This document shows positions 54,319 through 64,000 of a stretch of 64,000 nucleotides of DNA, piece after piece. The DNA is from the human T2T-CHM13v2.0 reference genome, Homo sapiens, in NCBI RefSeq assembly GCF_009914755.1, contig NC_060939.1; one strand, given 5' to 3'. The notes under the pieces were generated by a model. That model saw nothing but the letters and a program-made list of their open reading frames with translations. It made no database searches and was not told the origin of the DNA. Position numbers and translations under genes: made by a program. Position 1 is the stretch's first letter, and each line of letters starts with the position of its first letter.

Positions 54319-55104
54319 GCAGCATCATGGAGGTAAGTTTTTGACCTTGAGAAAATGTTTTTGTTTCACTGTCCTGAGGACTATTTATAGACAGCTCTAA
54401 CATGATAACCCTCACTATGTGGAGAACATTGACAGAGTAACATTTTAGCAGGGAAAGAAGAATCCTACAGGGTCATGTTCCCTTCTCCTGTGGAGTGGCA
54501 TGAAGAAGGTGTATGGCCCCAGGTATGGCCATATTACTGACCCTCTACAGAGAGGGCAAAGGAACTGCCAGTATGGTATTGCAGGATAAAGGCAGGTGGT
54601 TACCCACATTACCTGCAAGGCTTTGATCTTTCTTCTGCCATTTCCACATTGGACATCTCTGCTGAGGAGAGAAAATGAACCACTCTTTTCCTTTGTATAA
54701 TGTTGTTTTATTCTTCAGACAGAAGAGAGGAGTTATACAGCTCTGCAGACATCCCATTCCTGTATGGGGACTGTGTTTGCCTCTTAGAGGTTCCCAGGCC
54801 ACTAGAGGAGATAAAGGGAAACAGATTGTTATAACTTGATATAATGATACTATAATAGATGTAACTACAAGGAGCTCCAGAAGCAAGAGAGAGGGAGGAA
54901 CTTGGACTTCTCTGCATCTTTAGTTGGAGTCCAAAGGCTTTTCAATGAAATTCTACTGCCCAGGGTACATTGATGCTGAAACCCCATTCAAATCTCCTGT
55001 TATATTCTAGAACAGGGAATTGATTTGGGAGAGCATCAGGAAGGTGGATGATCTGCCCAGTCACACTGTTAGTAAATTGTAGAGCCAGGACCTGAACTCT
55101 AATA

Positions 55105-55380
55105 TAGTCATGTGTTACTTAATGACGGGGACATGTTCTGAGAAATGCTTACACAAACCTAGGTGTTGTAGCCTACTACACGCATAGGCTACATGGTATA
55201 GCCTATTGCTCCTAGACTACAAACCTGTACAGCCTGTTACTGTACTGAATACTGTGGGCAGTTGTAACACAATGGTAAGTATTTGTGTATCTAAACATAG
55301 AAGTTGCAGTAAAAATATGCTATTTTAATCTTATGAGACCACTGTCATATATACAGTCCATCATTGACCAAAACATCATA
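55105..55380. mobile_element. Tigger3-type DNA transposon remnant in B2M intron 3
   Basis: TAGTCATG...TTAATGACGGGGA.ATGTTCTGAGAAATG and CTACAAACCTGTACAGC motifs. Confidence 0.65.
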
Positions 55381-55582
55381 TCAGCATTTTTTCTTCTAAG
55401 ATTTTGGGAGCACCAAAGGGATACACTAACAGGATATACTCTTTATAATGGGTTTGGAGAACTGTCTGCAGCTACTTCTTTTAAAAAGGTGATCTACACA
55501 GTAGAAATTAGACAAGTTTGGTAATGAGATCTGCAATCCAAATAAAATAAATTCATTGCTAACCTTTTTCTTTTCTTTTCAG

Positions 55583-56135
55583 GTTTGAAGATGCCGCATT
55601 TGGATTGGATGAATTCCAAATTCTGCTTGCTTGCTTTTTAATATTGATATGCTTATACACTTACACTTTATGCACAAAATGTAGGGTTATAATAATGTTA
55701 ACATGGACATGATCTTCTTTATAATTCTACTTTGAGTGCTGTCTCCATGTTTGATGTATCTGAGCAGGTTGCTCCACAGGTAGCTCTAGGAGGGCTGGCA
55801 ACTTAGAGGTGGGGAGCAGAGAATTCTCTTATCCAACATCAACATCTTGGTCAGATTTGAACTCTTCAATCTCTTGCACTCAAAGCTTGTTAAGATAGTT
55901 AAGCGTGCATAAGTTAACTTCCAATTTACATACTCTGCTTAGAATTTGGGGGAAAATTTAGAAATATAATTGACAGGATTATTGGAAATTTGTTATAATG
56001 AATGAAACATTTTGTCATATAAGATTCATATTTACTTCTTATACATTTGATAAAGTAAGGCATGGTTGTGGTTAATCTGGTTTATTTTTGTTCCACAAGT
56101 TAAATAAATCATAAAACTTGATGTGTTATCTCTTA
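55583..56135 (+). other. B2M: B2M exon 4 (non-coding 3'UTR)
   Basis: Acceptor TTTTCTTTTCAG|GTTTGAAGATG; AATAAA at 56103-56108; 3' end approximate. Confidence 0.9.
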
Positions 56136-56459
56136 TATCTCACTCCCACTATTACCCCTTTATTTTCAAACAGGGAAACAGTCTTCAAGTTCCACTTGGT
56201 AAAAAATGTGAACCCCTTGTATATAGAGTTTGGCTCACAGTGTAAAGGGCCTCAGTGATTCACATTTTCCAGATTAGGAATCTGATGCTCAAAGAAGTTA
56301 AATGGCATAGTTGGGGTGACACAGCTGTCTAGTGGGAGGCCAGCCTTCTATATTTTAGCCAGCGTTCTTTCCTGCGGGCCAGGTCATGAGGAGTATGCAG
56401 ACTCTAAGAGGGAGCAAAAGTATCTGAAGGATTTAATATTTTAGCAAGGAATAGATATA

Positions 56460-56800
56460 CAGTCATCCCTTGGTCTCCCTGGGGGATTGGTTTCAGGACC
56501 CCTTCTTGGACACCAAATCTATGGATATTTAAGTCCCTTCTATAAAATGGTATAGTATTTGCATATAACCTATCCACATCCTCCTGTATACTTTAAATCA
56601 TTTCTAGATTACTTGTAATACCTAATACAATGTAAATGCTATGCAAATAGTTGTTATTGTTTAAGGAATAATGACAAGAAAAAAAAGTCTGTACATGCTC
56701 AGTAAAGACACAACCATCCCTTTTTTTCCCCAGTGTTTTTGATCCATGGTTTGCTGAATCCACAGATGTGGAGCCCCTGGATACGGAAGGCCAGCTGTAC
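56460..56800. mobile_element. MER2 (Tigger-family MITE)
   Basis: TA-CAGTCATCCCTTGG...GGATACGGAAGGCCAGCTG-TA terminal inverted repeats. Confidence 0.75.
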
Positions 56801-56952
56801 TTTGAATGACAAATAACAGATTTAAAATTTTCAAGGCATAGTTTTATACCTGATGGCCAGCTTTGTTTATTTGACCAAGAATCTGAGTTAGCTAGTTCTA
56901 GGTACTGACAGGATAAATAAAACACAACACTGCTCCCGATCTTCTCAGTTTA

Positions 56953-57171
<219 letters not shown>

Positions 57172-57514
57172 TCAAAGAATTGAATTAAAAAAAACAAAAA
57201 ATAATTTTTTTAAAAAAGAAATGTTGTTGTTCAAGGAACAACAACAAAAATCTAGGGAGGTGTTAGAGAAGCCATTTGCCTGAGCTGAGAGTAAGTTGCT
57301 AGTGGTTCTCTTGATTGGTAGGTGGGGCCTGGGTTTCCAGGCATGGTAGCCAGGAAGGACAGCCACATGGCAGGTTTGGGTAATTCCAAACAGTGGAGGA
57401 AGGGTGTCTGGGGGAAGACTTGTAGGAACTCAGCTGAAAAAATTGGGGGATGATACTCTGAAAGAAAAACAAAGTTTTAAAATTTCTACTCTTACACTTA
57501 ACACATAATGCTTC

Positions 57515-59250
<1,736 letters not shown>

Positions 59251-59327
59251 CTTACCTAGGCCATTCATTAACTCTTCACCTGGCTGCAAACTAAAATTAC
59301 ATGTAGAGTTTGTAAGAACAAAACAAA

Positions 59328-59337
59328 CACACACACA

Positions 59338-59372
<35 letters not shown>
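59328..59372. repeat. (CA)n microsatellite
   Basis: About 22 CA units with one interruption. Confidence 0.95.
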
Positions 59373-59376
<4 letters not shown>

Positions 59377-59470
59377 CAACAAGGCAGGCACGGTGGCTCA
59401 CGCCTGTAAGCCCAACACTTTGGAAAGTCAAGGTGAGCAGATTACGAGGAGTTCAAGACCAGCCTGGCTA

Positions 59471-59752
<282 letters not shown>

Positions 59753-60624
59753 TTAAACCATAATCTCTCGGTATGGAGCCCAGGTATAGTGTTATTTTTT
59801 AAAAAACCTCTAGATAGTTTTAATGTACATCCAAGATTGACAGACCCATTGAGTTCAGTCATAAAGAACTCTCTCTCCATTCCATATCATTCAACAGAGC
59901 TATTTTGTGAGGGGCTGCTCTGCTGGCTGATATTACAAGGTAATACTATGTCAAAGTCAAATGAAATATAGAGTTGAATCTCTGAAATTAAAATGTTTTA
60001 TTTGGGAGGAAAGAATTGCAACTCAGGGCATACACACAGACCAGCTGGTCTTTGGCATGTCTGAAGTACAAAAAGGTTTTATAAAATGGGAAAATGTTAC
60101 TTATCGCTCTGAGAAAATTTCACTGGTGCTAGTAAGTTTTGAGGAGCTGGCAAGTTTTGATTGGCAAATGATGACAATAAACAGAACTAGTCTCAGAGTT
60201 GTAGCAGGTCATTTCAGTAGCCATTAGTTAAACCTGGTTTCAGATGATAGCAGGCAGTTTCAGCTTCCAGGCTTGCAGAAAATCGCATTTTTGGAACAAT
60301 GTTTTGTGCCCTGAGTGCTTCTCCCTGGCTTCTTGACTCTGTTTTAGTTGAGTAAGACAAAAATGACCCAGTTTGATGACCAACTTTCACAGTTCCTTTG
60401 GAGCATGCCTTAGTTTCTCTTTTTAGAAGAGAGCAAGCAAAGAGGAGGAATACAGGAAGCTTAATTAACCTTATTAAATATAATTGTGCAATGCAAATTA
60501 AACTGAAAAGTCCCAACATCAGTAATAGAGAAGTAGATCCTACATACTGACATGGAAGCATACCCATACTATATTGCTGAAACAAAAATTAGTTTCTACA
60601 AAATATGTGTAAGAAGCCACTTTA

Positions 60625-60973
<349 letters not shown>

Positions 60974-61029
60974 TAGTAGAGACGGGATTTCATCATGTTG
61001 GTCAGGCTGGTCTCAAACTCCTGACCTCA

Positions 61030-61305
<276 letters not shown>

Positions 61306-61668
61306 TCACACACACACACAAAAAAAAGTGGACGCTTGCATCACTTGAGCCTGGGAGGTTGAGGCTGCAGTGAGCAGAGATCAGGACACTACACTCCAGC
61401 CTGGGTGATGAAGCAAGTCCCTCAAAAAGGAAAAAAAAAAAAAGTAGACCCTTGCACCCCAAATCTGTATTGTTCAAAGGTTAACTGTATCCTCCTTTAA
61501 AAAAGGGGTTACTGTTAAATAATAATTTTTATATCTTACTTTTTTTCATGATCCCTAAGGAAAACATGTCACAAATGGATATGTCTTTCTAGTTTTGTCA
61601 ACAACCACTTTCACGGTATTTTTGGGCTGTTGCTTTTTACTTGTCATTTTTGTGTTGTAAACCCTTGA

Positions 61669-61827
<159 letters not shown>

Positions 61828-62381
61828 TGAGACCACAGGTGTGCACCACCCATTCCTGGCTAATTTTTTTTGTGTATTTTTTTGTAGAGATGGGGGTCTC
61901 ACTATGTTTCCCTGGCTGGTCTTGAACTCTTGGGTTCAAGCGATCCTCCAGTCTCGCCTCTCAAAGTGCTGGGATTACAGAGCCACCACACTCAGCCATT
62001 TCCTATAATAAAAAAATATTTTGTCTGTGATGTAGCCATCAAAGTTTTAGGGGGAAAAATTGGCATTGTCTTTCCCTGGAGTCTAGACCTATAGGAAAAA
62101 AATTGAAGGCTAATATTTGGGTTCTAGATGACGCAAAATAAATAATAAAACATCTGTGATTACCTTGATTGAAAAGTTTGTGCATAGAAATTATTCTGGT
62201 ACTTTGGAGAGCTACGAGAAGGCCTAACAGAAAAAAAAACTGATAAATACAATTAAAATAACAGTCGAGCATATATTAAAGCACTTACTATGCACTAAAC
62301 TCTATATATCTCCTGTCATTAGTTGGATGCAATTATTAGACATCTTTGGTCCTCCACAACATAGGTGATTAAAAAGTCTAA

Positions 62382-62651
<270 letters not shown>

Positions 62652-62869
62652 TGACTAATTTTTTTATGTGTGTGTTTTTGGTAGAGATGGGGTTTCACCA
62701 TGCTGGCCAGGCTGGTCTCAAACTCCTGACCTCGTGATCTGCTCGCCTTGGCCTCCCAAAGTGCTGGGATTACAGGCACTTCCTCTTTTTACTGTTTTCA
62801 CTTAGAAAAACTGAGAGGACTTTTGCTGCCACTGAATGACACAGCATAGTTGAAGCGGTTTTCTTGTCA

Positions 62870-63610
<741 letters not shown>

Positions 63611-63760
63611 CATACATTTTTCTTCCTTTCTTTTTTTTGAGATAGGATCTTGCTCTGCCATTGTGCCATTGCAGCCTCAAACTCTTGGGCTCAAGTGATC
63701 CTGCTGCTTCAGCATCCTGAGTAGCGGGGCTTACAGATGCACACCCCCATGCATCACTAA

Positions 63761-63964
<204 letters not shown>

Positions 63965-64000
63965 TAGCCAGGATGGTCTCGATCTCCTGACCTCATGATC

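Overview
Human/primate genomic DNA from the SPG11-PATL2-B2M region (chr15q21.1, recognised from the encoded proteins). It is intron- and repeat-rich with no prokaryotic features. Three genes are present: SPG11 exon 1 with its CpG-island promoter (- strand, about 1.4-1.7 kb); all 15 coding exons of the oocyte mRNA regulator PATL2 (- strand, 3925-14461, splicing to 543 aa); and the complete 4-exon B2M gene with its E-box/ISRE/kB/SXY promoter (+ strand, about 49.3-56.1 kb). The 35 kb between the PATL2 coding exons and B2M holds a full-length L1PA-type element (+), a near full-length old L1MA-type element (-), more than 40 Alus across the window, LTRs, a Y3 RNA pseudogene, and an ERV copy with the structure of an L1-retroposed spliced mRNA. 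The most striking observation is a colinear series of decayed motifs on the + strand at 30.7-34.4 kb that resemble the leader, alpha1, alpha2 and alpha3 exons of a nonclassical (ZAG/HFE-like) MHC class I heavy chain. This would be a fossil class I gene about 15 kb upstream of B2M, in tandem with it. The call rests on by-eye alignment to remembered protein sequences and needs a frameshift-aware homology search. Repeat subfamily names are also from recognition, not from RepeatMasker.
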